Source of the DNA: Myxococcota bacterium
Lineage (GTDB): Bacteria; Myxococcota_A; UBA796; GCA-2862545
Length of the DNA stretch: 64,000 nucleotides
NCBI GenBank assembly: GCA_039208735.1
Contig: JBCCQY010000016.1
Coordinates: 24,822-88,821 of the forward strand
Reading direction: 5' to 3'
Positions 1 to 9,579 of this stretch are shown piece by piece. The position numbers and the translations under genes are program-made. Below the pieces are notes generated by a model. That model made no database searches. It saw only the letters and a program-made list of their open reading frames with translations, and was not told the origin of the DNA. Position 1 is the stretch's first letter, and each line of letters begins with the position of its first letter.

Positions 1-445
1 GACCGTCGAGATCGGCGTAGAACTCCTGCCCATCCACCAGCCCCGATACGTCAAGCAGCTCCCGATCCGAGAACGCCTTGTTCTGTTGGATGGTGATGCG
101 GGCGATTTCAGGCGCCCCGTAGACCTCGTAGGTGAGTTGAACGGCCGTGCGGGTGGTGCCGTCGGCGCCCACCAGGGGCCACGGCTGAACGCTGGCCTCC
201 ACCGCGCGAAAGTTCCCCACTCGGTAGAGGGTGGCGAGGTCGGCCTGAATTGCCGCCGGGTCGAGCGGCTGGCCCTCCTTGACGCGTAACAGGGGTTCAA
301 GGTCCTCTTCGGGCAGTGAACCATCTCGGGCCTGCATCTCGACGTCCGCCAACACGACCCCCCGCCACCACGCCGGGGCCGGGTCTTCGAACTCAGGTGC
401 CGCAAACGCGATGGCGATCCACCCCAACAACATCGCGTTCGTCAC
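1..445 (-). CDS. Omp85/BamA-TamA family outer-membrane protein, N-terminal part with POTRA domain (runs off the window edge)
   Basis: Not in the ORF track; translated by hand from GTG at 445 (GGAGG upstream): signal peptide MLLGWIAIAFA, then POTRA-like EEDLEPLLRVKEGQPLDPAAIQADLATLYRVGNFRAVEA. Lies directly downstream of tamB. Confidence 0.75.
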   Translation of the reverse strand, partial: MTNAMLLGWIAIAFAAPEFEDPAPAWWRGVVLADVEMQARDGSLPEEDLEPLLRVKEGQPLDPAAIQADLATLYRVGNFRAVEASVQPWPLVGADGTTRTAVQLTYEVYGAPEIARITIQQNKAFSDRELLDVSGLVDGQEFYADLDG

Positions 446-470
446 TTCCTCCGGAGGGTGCGCGGCGGAC

Positions 471-3400
471 TTATTCAATCTCCAGCTGCGCGCTCACGTC
501 GAGCCCATAGGACCCGCCAATCGACAGCACACGGTCCCGCTGGAGCGTCGAATACCAGCCCGAGAGGCTCCACGCCCCACCGATCCGCTTGCCGAGCGAG
601 AAGTAGGTGTCACGGCTACGGAGGTTGAAGTCCGCGCGGAAGTCGAGATCGCCCAATTCGCGGATGCGTTTGTCGACCACCAGGCGAGGATCGCTTGAGT
701 AGTCGCCCCACGAGTTCACCCCGGTCACCAGATCGATCCGATCGGGCTGCAGGATGTCGGGAAGCTCGGTCCCGAACACCCCGGAACGCCCCCCAGACAC
801 GAGCCCCGTCACGAGAAGGTCGGACAGCGCAATGACCGCCGCCGACACCGAGCCTTGGGCCTGTTGCAGCTCGTCGAGGGTCACGCCGTACCACAACAGC
901 ACATTGACGTCGGACTGGGGTAGCGGAGGATCGCTGCTCGCGGTGCTTGTCCAGTCTGAGAAAGGACCATTGACCCGGTAATTGATGCGGTAGAGCTGCC
1001 CTTGGCTGTTCACGTCGGTCTGAAGGGCAATGTCGAGCTGAGGGTCCCAAGTCCACGGGTCGTTGAACAGCAGATTCCCGCGGTCAATGCGGAATTCACG
1101 GTCCTGCAAGAAGGCCAACCCTTCGTGGACGGTGACCGTCCCCACAAGCCCCGGCCGATTGGTGTCGCCGATGATGCGCAAATCTGCGCTGCCCACGCCC
1201 TCGGCAACGTTGTTTTCCATTCGAATCGTGTGGTCGGCGGCAATGGCGACGTTCAGATTGAACAGGCTTGCGGTATCGGGAGGGGCTGCGTCCGCCAGCA
1301 ACGAGGTGGACAGCTCGAACAGCCAGCTCTCCCAGTCGATCCGGTCGGACCAGGTCATGTCGGTGACCTCGATGTCGCCTGCCATCAGCAATTGGTCGGT
1401 CGGGCCGTCGAAGGTGAACGTCCCATTGCCAATCGCCGGGGGCAGCGTGTCGACCCACTGCACCTGTGCGTCCCGGGCGTTCATCTCGAGGTCGTAGCGA
1501 ACCGGCCACCAATCCTTGCTCTCGATGCTTCCCTCAACGGTGAAGCTGCCTCCGCCGAGGCCGGCCTCCAGCAACCCGATGGTCACACCATCTTGGGTCA
1601 CCTCGACCTCTCCCTTGACGTCCTCAAATGACAACGGAGCGCTGTCGTGACGCAGCAGGCTCGCATCGAAGGTGACGTCAGCCACCGCGTCGAGGTTCGG
1701 AGGGGCACCGAGCGCTTTGAACTTCACGTCGGCCCGTCCCGCCGCGCGGCTCAACCCAGGAACCACCGCCCTCAGCAGGTCGAGGTCCATGTAGCCCTCA
1801 CCCAGGAGCAAGAGTTCCTCATCGCGGGTGGCGCCAAGGTTGAACTTGGTCGAAGGGAGTTCCACATTCGCGGTGCGAAGGTTGAAGTTCTCGAGCTGGT
1901 AGCGGTCGCCACGTTGGGCGAAACGCCAACTCCCTTCCTCGTTGCGTAGCGTGTGCCCGGCATAGCGGACGTCGACGTGCGGCAACAGCACATCGATGTG
2001 CTCGGGCCCGTCCTCGGCGAGCGAGCCCTTGACCGCCACGCGACCGGACGCTTCGGCTCGGATGGGCGTGCCATCCGCACCCGTCGGGTAGAGCAGGTGG
2101 GCGGGCACATTCACAAGCTTGGCGCCAATGTCGTAGGGCTGCCGCTCCCACCAGCCAAACGTGGAACCGCGTTCAAGGGTCACCGCGCCCCCGATGAGCG
2201 AACCCGACAGGGCGGCCCCCCCCTCTTCGGTATCGAACTCCACCCACGAGTCCTCGACCGGCTCTCCGGCGTACCGTACGTCGGTCACCCAGATGCGCCC
2301 GTCGGGCGACGGGTCGAACAGGGTGTTGGTGATGCGCGACCGCAGGGCAATCCGACCCGACAGCGGCAGCTCCGTATCGGCGAGCCGATCGAGGTTCTCA
2401 AGACGCAGCCCATCGCCGATGAGCTGCATGTCGAGCGCCCACTTGCGGTCGACCGACCCCCGCAGGGTCAAGCCGGCTTTGCCGCCATCACGTCGAAGAC
2501 GAAGATCATCGAGGGTGAACCGTCCGTCATCGAGGTAGCCCTTAGCCGAGCCCGACGGAAACTGTTCGCCGTACAGCGCGACATCCGACAGCTGAAGCCG
2601 ACTCTCGCCCTCGAGGTGGTACAGCGGCCCATCGAACACGAGCGAACCCTCAACCAAGTCGCCCACAAGCCCGCCATCGAGGTCGATAAACATGCCGACC
2701 ACATCCTCGATGCGGCCCTCGTCGAACGTGATGTCGGTCGACATCGAAAGCGGAGGCCGAAAGTCGATGGCGTAGCGCCCTCGGTAGGTGGTGTTGCCCA
2801 CGCGCGCCGTGGCCTCTTCGAGGTGCAGCGACTTCATGTCGGGCGAGCGGACCTTCGCGATCAGCTCATCGGCGTAGGGCACGCCGAGCACCTCAAAGTC
2901 CCAAAGGTGACCTTCTCCTTCAACCTGCAATCCGTTGAACGGCCCCCAGATTTGCCCCGAGACCTGCCCTTGCCCCTTCAGGTTGGTCTTCGCCAACGGC
3001 TGGAAGTCTTCGAGGTCCGCTCCCCAGAGGTCGAACCGCAAGTCGAGCGGCCCCCGAGGGCCCAGACCAATCTCGACGAGCGCACTGCCCTGATTGCGTG
3101 GTGCCCGCACGATGGGGGCATCGAGGGTCACCTTCTTCTGCTCGAACAGCAGCTGACCGCTCGCGTGGGCGTAGGGAATGGCGAGCAGTCGTGCGGCGGC
3201 GGGATTCGCGATGGGTCGGTCTCCGACCTCAAGCGTTGCGACTGCGAAGTCGAAGGGTCCCTCGAGGCGGAGCGGCTTGAGGGTGCCCGTGAACGACACC
3301 TCCGCATCCATGCTCATGTTGACCCACGGCGTGGGCGCGGCATCGAAGTCCACGAGCAAATCGGCAAGCTTCATCCGGTCGCCGATCGCGTGCCCGTCCA

Positions 3401-4583
3401 CCACCGTGCCGTCGGGCAGCACCAACGCCCACAGCTTGACCGAACCGTCCCCGCGCTCCCAGATCGCTTCTTCGACGTGAATGCCGTCCTTGCGAGCGGT
3501 GGCCACAAGCCGCACGTCACCGACCCGATGGCGAAGCACCGGTCGCAACACCCCCGCGACCTGCACCTCGAGATCGTCGACCGCGCCCACCACGAGCAGC
3601 CGGGGATCCGTCGCATCGCCCTCGAGCCGCAGGTCAACGTCCACCGCTCCCTCGACCTCTCGGGGCTCCGAAAGCCAAGGCTGGAACTGCTCGAGCTGAA
3701 CGCGCGCGGTCAGGTCGGTATCGAAGTTCCCCTCTCGCCAAGCGAGCGTGCCCCACGTCGAGAGCATGGGTAGGTCGATGCCGAATCGGGGCACGACCAC
3801 TTGATCGCCTCCGATGATCGCGCCTGGCCATTCCATGTGGGTCGACCCGGCCACGTCCCGCACGCGGTAGTCGAAGTCCGCTCGAATGTCGGCCCGACCC
3901 CCGAACTTTGGTTCGACCCAGAGGTCTTCAATGCGAACGAACCCTTCGGGATGATCCAAACGAAAGGACGCTCCGTCGACGCGCAAACCGGTGAAGGGCA
4001 AACGTCGCAACGGACGGGGGTTGTCGTTTGGCGGCCTATCGCAATCCGCGAACTCGACGAGACGGCCTCGTTCGTCCAGATGCAGGGCGACATCGAGTCC
4101 TTCGACAAAGAGCCGACCAAGGCCAAATCCCGACCAGCCCACGCGGACGGGAGCCCGCAACCTTTGCGCCGCGAGAATGGTTTGGCCCGAATCACGCTCG
4201 GTCACCGCCACATCGACGGCCGTGGCTCCGGGTGGCCACACCGAGAGGTTGACCCGTGCGACCGTCACGTCTTCGCACAGGGCGTCACTCGCTGCGGCTT
4301 CGATGAGCCGCTTCACGCGCTGCTGGAAGTCGTCGGAACGGCTGTAGCCAAAGACGACGACGAACAACAACAACAGGGTACCGCCAACCGCCTGCAGGCC
4401 CCGCCGCGTCCACACGAGCACCCACGCCCAACGCAGCATTCGGACTGGCGCATCCAGCACACTCGACTCTTCGGGAGCACCGAACGCTCCGTCATCATCC
4501 AGCTGGCTTGGTCGATTCACCTTGCTGTGTGAGGGATCGTCGGGACGCTCGACGTCGTCGGTGTCGTTGCCTCGATCGTCCAT
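471..4583 (-). CDS. tamB: Translocation and assembly module TamB / AsmA-like protein
   Basis: About 1370 aa with an N-terminal TM anchor, long beta-rich repeats and a DUF490-like C-terminus (ADLRIIGDTNRPGLVGTV...DPQLDI...SDPPLPQSDVNVLL). Start moved to ATG 4583 to avoid overlap with the divergent kinase. Confidence 0.85.
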   Translation of the reverse strand: MDDRGNDTDDVERPDDPSHSKVNRPSQLDDDGAFGAPEESSVLDAPVRMLRWAWVLVWTRRGLQAVGGTLLLLFVVVFGYSRSDDFQQRVKRLIEAAASDALCEDVTVARVNLSVWPPGATAVDVAVTERDSGQTILAAQRLRAPVRVGWSGFGLGRLFVEGLDVALHLDERGRLVEFADCDRPPNDNPRPLRRLPFTGLRVDGASFRLDHPEGFVRIEDLWVEPKFGGRADIRADFDYRVRDVAGSTHMEWPGAIIGGDQVVVPRFGIDLPMLSTWGTLAWREGNFDTDLTARVQLEQFQPWLSEPREVEGAVDVDLRLEGDATDPRLLVVGAVDDLEVQVAGVLRPVLRHRVGDVRLVATARKDGIHVEEAIWERGDGSVKLWALVLPDGTVVDGHAIGDRMKLADLLVDFDAAPTPWVNMSMDAEVSFTGTLKPLRLEGPFDFAVATLEVGDRPIANPAAARLLAIPYAHASGQLLFEQKKVTLDAPIVRAPRNQGSALVEIGLGPRGPLDLRFDLWGADLEDFQPLAKTNLKGQGQVSGQIWGPFNGLQVEGEGHLWDFEVLGVPYADELIAKVRSPDMKSLHLEEATARVGNTTYRGRYAIDFRPPLSMSTDITFDEGRIEDVVGMFIDLDGGLVGDLVEGSLVFDGPLYHLEGESRLQLSDVALYGEQFPSGSAKGYLDDGRFTLDDLRLRRDGGKAGLTLRGSVDRKWALDMQLIGDGLRLENLDRLADTELPLSGRIALRSRITNTLFDPSPDGRIWVTDVRYAGEPVEDSWVEFDTEEGGAALSGSLIGGAVTLERGSTFGWWERQPYDIGAKLVNVPAHLLYPTGADGTPIRAEASGRVAVKGSLAEDGPEHIDVLLPHVDVRYAGHTLRNEEGSWRFAQRGDRYQLENFNLRTANVELPSTKFNLGATRDEELLLLGEGYMDLDLLRAVVPGLSRAAGRADVKFKALGAPPNLDAVADVTFDASLLRHDSAPLSFEDVKGEVEVTQDGVTIGLLEAGLGGGSFTVEGSIESKDWWPVRYDLEMNARDAQVQWVDTLPPAIGNGTFTFDGPTDQLLMAGDIEVTDMTWSDRIDWESWLFELSTSLLADAAPPDTASLFNLNVAIAADHTIRMENNVAEGVGSADLRIIGDTNRPGLVGTVTVHEGLAFLQDREFRIDRGNLLFNDPWTWDPQLDIALQTDVNSQGQLYRINYRVNGPFSDWTSTASSDPPLPQSDVNVLLWYGVTLDELQQAQGSVSAAVIALSDLLVTGLVSGGRSGVFGTELPDILQPDRIDLVTGVNSWGDYSSDPRLVVDKRIRELGDLDFRADFNLRSRDTYFSLGKRIGGAWSLSGWYSTLQRDRVLSIGGSYGLDVSAQLEIE

Positions 4584-4656
4584 GGCCTGCCCGGTTGTGG
4601 TCTCGTATCCGTTTGACGGCGCGTGGACGCAACCGAGACCCCCAACGTGATAAGAA

Positions 4657-5820
4657 ATGGCGACGAACGGGGGGAGCGTGGCTTCCAAGCGATCGCCGCC
4701 CAGGCGCATTGGCGCCTATGAAATCGCGGATAAGATTGCGTCCGGCGGGATGGGGGAAGTCCTCTTGGGCTACCACCAGAACCTCGACCGGGCCTGTGCA
4801 TTGAAGCGCCTGGTGCCACCCGACGACGCCGAGGAAGACCTCCTTGTCGAACTCGAGGAACGGTTCGAACGCGAAGGCAAGGTCCTGGCCCAGCTTTCGC
4901 ACCAGGCCATTTGCGGCGTCTACGACCTGTTCTCGTGGCGAGGCACCTCATACCTCGCGCTCGAGTACATCAATGGCTACGACCTGCGCGATTTGCTGAA
5001 GAACGGGCCCTTGCCGGTCGACGTCGCCCTCATCGTGGGCGCCCACACGGCCGACGCACTCCAGCACGCGCACATGCACGGCATCATCCACCGCGACGTG
5101 AAACCCGCGAACATCATGATTTCGCGGAGTGGTGAGGTGAAGCTCATGGACTTCGGCATCGCTCGCGGCGATGAACTCGAAGTCCTGACGCGCACGGGCA
5201 TGTTGGTGGGCACACCGACCTACATGGCCCCTGAGGTCCTCCGCGGCGAAGAAGCCGGGGTCGCAGCCGACACCTACAGCCTCGCAGCAACCTTGTACCG
5301 CTGCCTGGCGGGCGAGCCGATGTTCCCCAAGGGTCAGCAGCCCGAGGTCATCTACCGCAACATCCTCGAAGGTCGGATTCCCCACCTGCGGTCGGTCAAC
5401 CCGAACGTGCCCCGGAGCCTGGCGAGCGTTGTCCATAAGGGACTCGCCACCGAGGCCACGCGCCGGTACAAGTCCTCCGGCGACTTCCGGAACGCCCTGC
5501 AGGATGAGCTGGCTCGCTTTGGTACGGCGGCTCCCGCCGAGCGGCTCGTGCAGTTCTTGTACGCCGATGGTCACCTGACCGAAGACGCAGCAGCCACGGT
5601 GGTGCAGCCGTCGGTCCTCAAGGGGGCCTCACGCGACAAGCCCATCCGACGCACCTCGTCCAATTCGTGGATTGCGGCGACGGCCTTGGCCGCGTCCATC
5701 ACCGTGGTGGGGCTGGTCGGAATCTGGGCTGCGAACACGGGCACCGCCGACACGGTCGGGGGCTGGGTCAATGAGATTGTTGGCAGCCTTGCCACGCCGC
5801 CCGCACGTGCCGTTCCCTGA
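4657..5820 (+). CDS. Ser/Thr protein kinase (Hanks type) with C-terminal TM helix
   Basis: ASGGMGEV, ALK, HRDVKPAN, DFG, GTPTYMAPE motifs; hydrophobic segment near the C-terminus. Confidence 0.93.
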   Translation: MATNGGSVASKRSPPRRIGAYEIADKIASGGMGEVLLGYHQNLDRACALKRLVPPDDAEEDLLVELEERFEREGKVLAQLSHQAICGVYDLFSWRGTSYLALEYINGYDLRDLLKNGPLPVDVALIVGAHTADALQHAHMHGIIHRDVKPANIMISRSGEVKLMDFGIARGDELEVLTRTGMLVGTPTYMAPEVLRGEEAGVAADTYSLAATLYRCLAGEPMFPKGQQPEVIYRNILEGRIPHLRSVNPNVPRSLASVVHKGLATEATRRYKSSGDFRNALQDELARFGTAAPAERLVQFLYADGHLTEDAAATVVQPSVLKGASRDKPIRRTSSNSWIAATALAASITVVGLVGIWAANTGTADTVGGWVNEIVGSLATPPARAVP

Positions 5821-5863
5821 TTCGCCGCTGGGTGTGGCATGCTGCCGGGCGGAGGTGAGGGCA

Positions 5864-6208
5864 ATGCCATGGGCCTGGGTGTCGGTAGCGTTGGTCTGGT
5901 CGTCGGGATGTGGGTCGTTCGACCTGCTGCTGAAGGGCAACGAACCAGGATTCGAGGAAAAAGCTCGCTGTGACGCGGGCCTTTCCGTGTATTGCACGTG
6001 TCCTCCAAAAGACGAGCCGGACCTCGATTGCGACGCCGACGGCGTGTTCGACAACCTCGCCGCAACATGCATGGAAGAACAGCTCTTCGTCATTGCGGAC
6101 TGCTACGACAGCCTCGTCGACTCGGAAGGGTACGTCGAATGCGACCAAGTCGACCTCCAGTGCGGTCCGTTCTTCGTGGTTGAAGAGTCCGAAACCACCA
6201 CGCTCTAG
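5864..6208 (+). CDS. Small Cys-rich acidic lipoprotein, hypothetical
   Basis: GGAGG upstream of ATG 5864; lipobox-like VWSSGC; several Cys; DLDCDADGVFD motif. Confidence 0.65.
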   Translation: MPWAWVSVALVWSSGCGSFDLLLKGNEPGFEEKARCDAGLSVYCTCPPKDEPDLDCDADGVFDNLAATCMEEQLFVIADCYDSLVDSEGYVECDQVDLQCGPFFVVEESETTTL

Positions 6209-6217
6209 GAGGATTCG

Positions 6218-6898
6218 ATGACGTTTAGCTGGATCCTCTGGTCTTCGGTCGCCGTTTCCCAGCCCGTCGAACCGGTCCCCGAGCCCGACCCGTCGCCTCT
6301 CTTCATCCCGGCCAACGAACGATTTCTCGAGCGCGACCGCCGCTCGCGACGGGCGTACCAGGTTGCGGCCACCGTCGCTGCGACCGGGGTCGCCTTTCAG
6401 ATTTTGGGCATTGCCATCGATTCCCCGCCGTTGGTCGACGTCGCGGGCCGGCTTGAAGCGGTCGGAGCACCGGTGATGGTCTTTACGTCACTTCGCTCCG
6501 CTAATGCCCTCGATCGAATGGTCGACACCCCTTTTCCGGGCTTTGCGTACGCGGGCATGGCCACCTGGGCGGTCGACCTCGCGGCCTCGATTCCTGCAAC
6601 GTCGGACCCTCTTTTGGGGCCTCTGACGCGCGCTGAGCGGCGACGCTACGCCTGGGTCGCCGTGGGTGGTCGTGTGGCCACCCTGGTCCTGGCGGGATTC
6701 CAGCAGCGGTCGAACAATCGGGTTCGTCGACGGCTCGGGTTGCGGGTTCGAGGACCGAGTCCTAGGCGACGTGCCCGCACGGTCGCATTCTCTCCATGGC
6801 TGGAGGGTAGGACGGGAGGTATCCTGTTGCAGCTGTCCGACGGTATCGGCGGACGCGGCCGACCCGTGGAGCAAGTCCCATGGACCTCGAATCCCTGA
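6218..6898 (+). CDS. Hypothetical membrane protein
   Basis: AGGAGG RBS; signal-like N-terminus and several hydrophobic helices; 3' end overlaps the next kinase gene. Confidence 0.6.
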   Translation: MTFSWILWSSVAVSQPVEPVPEPDPSPLFIPANERFLERDRRSRRAYQVAATVAATGVAFQILGIAIDSPPLVDVAGRLEAVGAPVMVFTSLRSANALDRMVDTPFPGFAYAGMATWAVDLAASIPATSDPLLGPLTRAERRRYAWVAVGGRVATLVLAGFQQRSNNRVRRRLGLRVRGPSPRRRARTVAFSPWLEGRTGGILLQLSDGIGGRGRPVEQVPWTSNP

Positions 6899-8838
6899 CT
6901 CCCGGAATCGTGATCGACCGGTATGTGGTCGAGTCGTTCATCGGTGCGGGGGGCATGGCCACGGTGCTCAAAGTGCGCCACCGTCAGCTCGGCACCGCGC
7001 ACGCCATGAAGGTGCTGAACATCGCCTCGGGATCGGTGAGGGACCGTCTGGTCCAAGAAGGACGTCTCCAAGCTGCGCTTCAACACGAGAACGTGGTCAA
7101 GGTCACCGATCTAGTCACCCTGACCGGCGGCGCGCCGGGTCTCATCATGGAGTTCGTGGAAGGCCCCAACCTCGATGAGCTGCTCAACGACAAAGTGCCT
7201 ACCTTGGCGCAAGCCGACCATCTGGCTCAGGGCATCCTACGTGGCGTTGAAGAAGCCCATCGCCACGGTCTGGTCCACCGCGACCTAAAGCCCGCGAACA
7301 TCCTTTTACAGCCCGCGGTGGAAACGTGGGTGCCCAAGGTGGCCGATTTCGGCATCGCCAAGGTTCTCGCTGGCGATGGGGACCACACGGGACACACCCG
7401 AACCGGCATGACCATGGGCACGCCCAACTACATGGCGCCCGAACAGGCTCGCGACGCGAAGAACATTGGCCCCACCGCAGACATTTTCGCGCTGGGGGCC
7501 ATTCTGTATGAACTGCTGACCAACCAGCGAGCCTTCGAAGGCAACGACATCCTCGACACCCTCAACCGGGTCGCAGAGGCCGACTACGTGCCGATTCAGG
7601 AGCGCAAGCCGAACTGCCCTCCCGGCATGATGCGAGCCATTGAAGCGGCGCTGCAGGTCGAGGTTCAAGACCGGCCCCAGACCGTGGACGAGCTGCGTGC
7701 CATGTGGCTCGACGGTCGTCCGCCGCTCACGACTCCAGTTCCGTTCGAAGATGTGAAGCCCCGCGTGTTCCCTGCGGGGCCGGTGGGCAATGCGACCATC
7801 AGTCAAAGCCTGCTCCAGACCCAGGCCCCCCAAGCGTCCGGTTCCATTTTGGTTCCGGACCCCACCCCATTGCCGATGTCGCGGCGCACGGGGCTTGGCG
7901 TGGTGGCGCTGGTCGCTGGGGTCGTGGTGGGCCTGTTGCTCTCGGTCGGAGCCTTGGCTGCGCTCGTGGCCCTCCAATTCGACAACCGGGACCCGCGCCC
8001 CCTCGAGGCGCCCGGTACCGAAGGGCTGCCACCGCCCAGTCCGGTGGTCGGCGAACCGAGCATCGAGGTCCCGGACCCCGTGCCCTCCACGCCCGAACCG
8101 CCCACGGTGGCCGACGTCCCGCCTGTCGAGACCCCCGAACCCGCGCCGCAGCGTCCACCAGAGCCCGAGCCCGTCGCCGACCTGCCCATGGCCATCGAGC
8201 CCGACCCCGACCCCATCGAGACCCCCACCGAGCCCGAGCCCGAGCCCGTCGCCATGATCACGCCGGACGAGCTGACGGCCGTGGTAAGCCCGCCGCCCGT
8301 ACCGGCCCCTGACCCCGATCCCGTTCCCACCGTTCAGCCTGCCGGGTACGACCCGTACACCGCTCCGCTGACGGGCCGGCTGGCGGATACCGATCCCTCG
8401 AAGCGGCGGCGTGGGGTCAAAAACCTGGCGTACCGAGGCGATGAAGCGTCCCGCGTTCTGCTGGGCCGCGTCATGCGAGACGATCCCGACCCGGGGGTGC
8501 GTCAGTTCGCCTGGGAGACCATCGAAAGCTTGCTGCAGACCGACGACCCTCATCTCGATCTGCTGCAAGATCATGCGGGTTGGCAGTTGGCCAATGGCGA
8601 AGACAACCTGGCCATCAAGGCCGTCAAGGTGCTCCATAGCCGAGGCAGTCGCCCCGGGTTGCTCGTCTCAGGGCTCCGTCGGCGATCCGTCGACATCCGG
8701 ATTGCAACCCTCGATGCGGTGTCCGCGCTTCCGCCCGAAGATCGCCGTTCCTTGCGGTCCGAGGTCGAGCTTCTAACCCACGTCGACAACCCTCGGCTGA
8801 GAAAGAAGGCGGTGGATGTGCTTTCGTTGATGCCTTGA
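6880..8838 (+). CDS. Membrane Ser/Thr kinase with Pro/Glu-rich linker and C-terminal HEAT-like repeats
   Basis: GAGGMATV, HRDLKPAN, DFG, GTPNYMAPE; TM helix; PE-rich linker; HEAT-like DDPDPGVRQFA and DNPRLRKKAVDVL segments. Confidence 0.92.
   Translation: MDLESLTPGIVIDRYVVESFIGAGGMATVLKVRHRQLGTAHAMKVLNIASGSVRDRLVQEGRLQAALQHENVVKVTDLVTLTGGAPGLIMEFVEGPNLDELLNDKVPTLAQADHLAQGILRGVEEAHRHGLVHRDLKPANILLQPAVETWVPKVADFGIAKVLAGDGDHTGHTRTGMTMGTPNYMAPEQARDAKNIGPTADIFALGAILYELLTNQRAFEGNDILDTLNRVAEADYVPIQERKPNCPPGMMRAIEAALQVEVQDRPQTVDELRAMWLDGRPPLTTPVPFEDVKPRVFPAGPVGNATISQSLLQTQAPQASGSILVPDPTPLPMSRRTGLGVVALVAGVVVGLLLSVGALAALVALQFDNRDPRPLEAPGTEGLPPPSPVVGEPSIEVPDPVPSTPEPPTVADVPPVETPEPAPQRPPEPEPVADLPMAIEPDPDPIETPTEPEPEPVAMITPDELTAVVSPPPVPAPDPDPVPTVQPAGYDPYTAPLTGRLADTDPSKRRRGVKNLAYRGDEASRVLLGRVMRDDPDPGVRQFAWETIESLLQTDDPHLDLLQDHAGWQLANGEDNLAIKAVKVLHSRGSRPGLLVSGLRRRSVDIRIATLDAVSALPPEDRRSLRSEVELLTHVDNPRLRKKAVDVLSLMP
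8030..8330 (+). repeat. Low-complexity Pro/Glu/Asp codon repeats (GAGCCC, GACCCC) inside the kinase linker
   Basis: Tandem gagccc units at about 8161-8172 and 8231-8247 encode EPEPEP. Confidence 0.6.
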
Positions 8839-8847
8839 GGTGAAGCG

Positions 8848-9579
8848 ATGACAACGTGGGCGGTGCTGCTCTTGATGAGTGGCTGTCAGAAGGCTGGACC
8901 CGCCGTAGCTCCGGCTGCGGCCAACTCCGACGAAGCGCGTCCTCCGCAGGCCACGACCACCCCCGCCTATACGCTGGGCGAGGATGCATCTCCCATGCTT
9001 CTCGACCCCGACCTCGCCACCGAAACAGCTCCTCCGAGCTACGACGTGCGGCTCACGACCTCGCAGGGGGACGTTGTGGTTCATGTCGAACGCAGCTGGG
9101 CCCCCCATGCCGCCGACCGCTTCTACAACCTGGTCCAGGCCGGCTTTTATGACCAGGCCGCATTCTTCCGCACCATCCATGGCTTTGTGGCCCAGTTTGG
9201 GATTTCGGCGTTCCCCCAGGTGAGCAAGAAGTGGCGTGACGCCTCGATTCCCGACGACACAGTGCTGCTGTCGAACACCCGGGGACGGCTCACCATGGCC
9301 ATGCGGGGCACGCCCAACAGCCGAACCACCCAACTCTTCATCAACCTGACCGACAACACGTCGCTCGATCGCATGGGCTTCGCGCCCTTTGCGGAGGTGA
9401 CCGAGGGCATGGAGGTCATCGACACCCTGCACGAAACGGGAGAAGGGAGGCCACGAGGTCCGGGCCCGAGCCAGGGCGACCTCTACAAGCACGGCAACAC
9501 GCTGATCGACCGTGCGTTCCCCGACACCGACCGGGTCCTCGAAGCGGTGGTCCTCCAAGCCCCGGCTGACGAGCCATGA
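8848..9579 (+). CDS. Cyclophilin-type peptidyl-prolyl cis-trans isomerase, lipoprotein
   Basis: Lipobox LMSGC; FYDQAAFFRTIHGFVAQFG, SNTRGRLTMA, TQLFINL motifs. Confidence 0.92.
   Translation: MTTWAVLLLMSGCQKAGPAVAPAAANSDEARPPQATTTPAYTLGEDASPMLLDPDLATETAPPSYDVRLTTSQGDVVVHVERSWAPHAADRFYNLVQAGFYDQAAFFRTIHGFVAQFGISAFPQVSKKWRDASIPDDTVLLSNTRGRLTMAMRGTPNSRTTQLFINLTDNTSLDRMGFAPFAEVTEGMEVIDTLHETGEGRPRGPGPSQGDLYKHGNTLIDRAFPDTDRVLEAVVLQAPADEP

Noticed and set aside
1953..3773. Long antisense or alternate-frame ORFs (also 7306-8637, 11106-12539, 21502-23442, 28305-30047, 48836-50422, 55303-57237)
   Set aside because: They shadow well-supported genes, carry no recognisable motifs, and are expected in high-GC DNA with strong codon bias.
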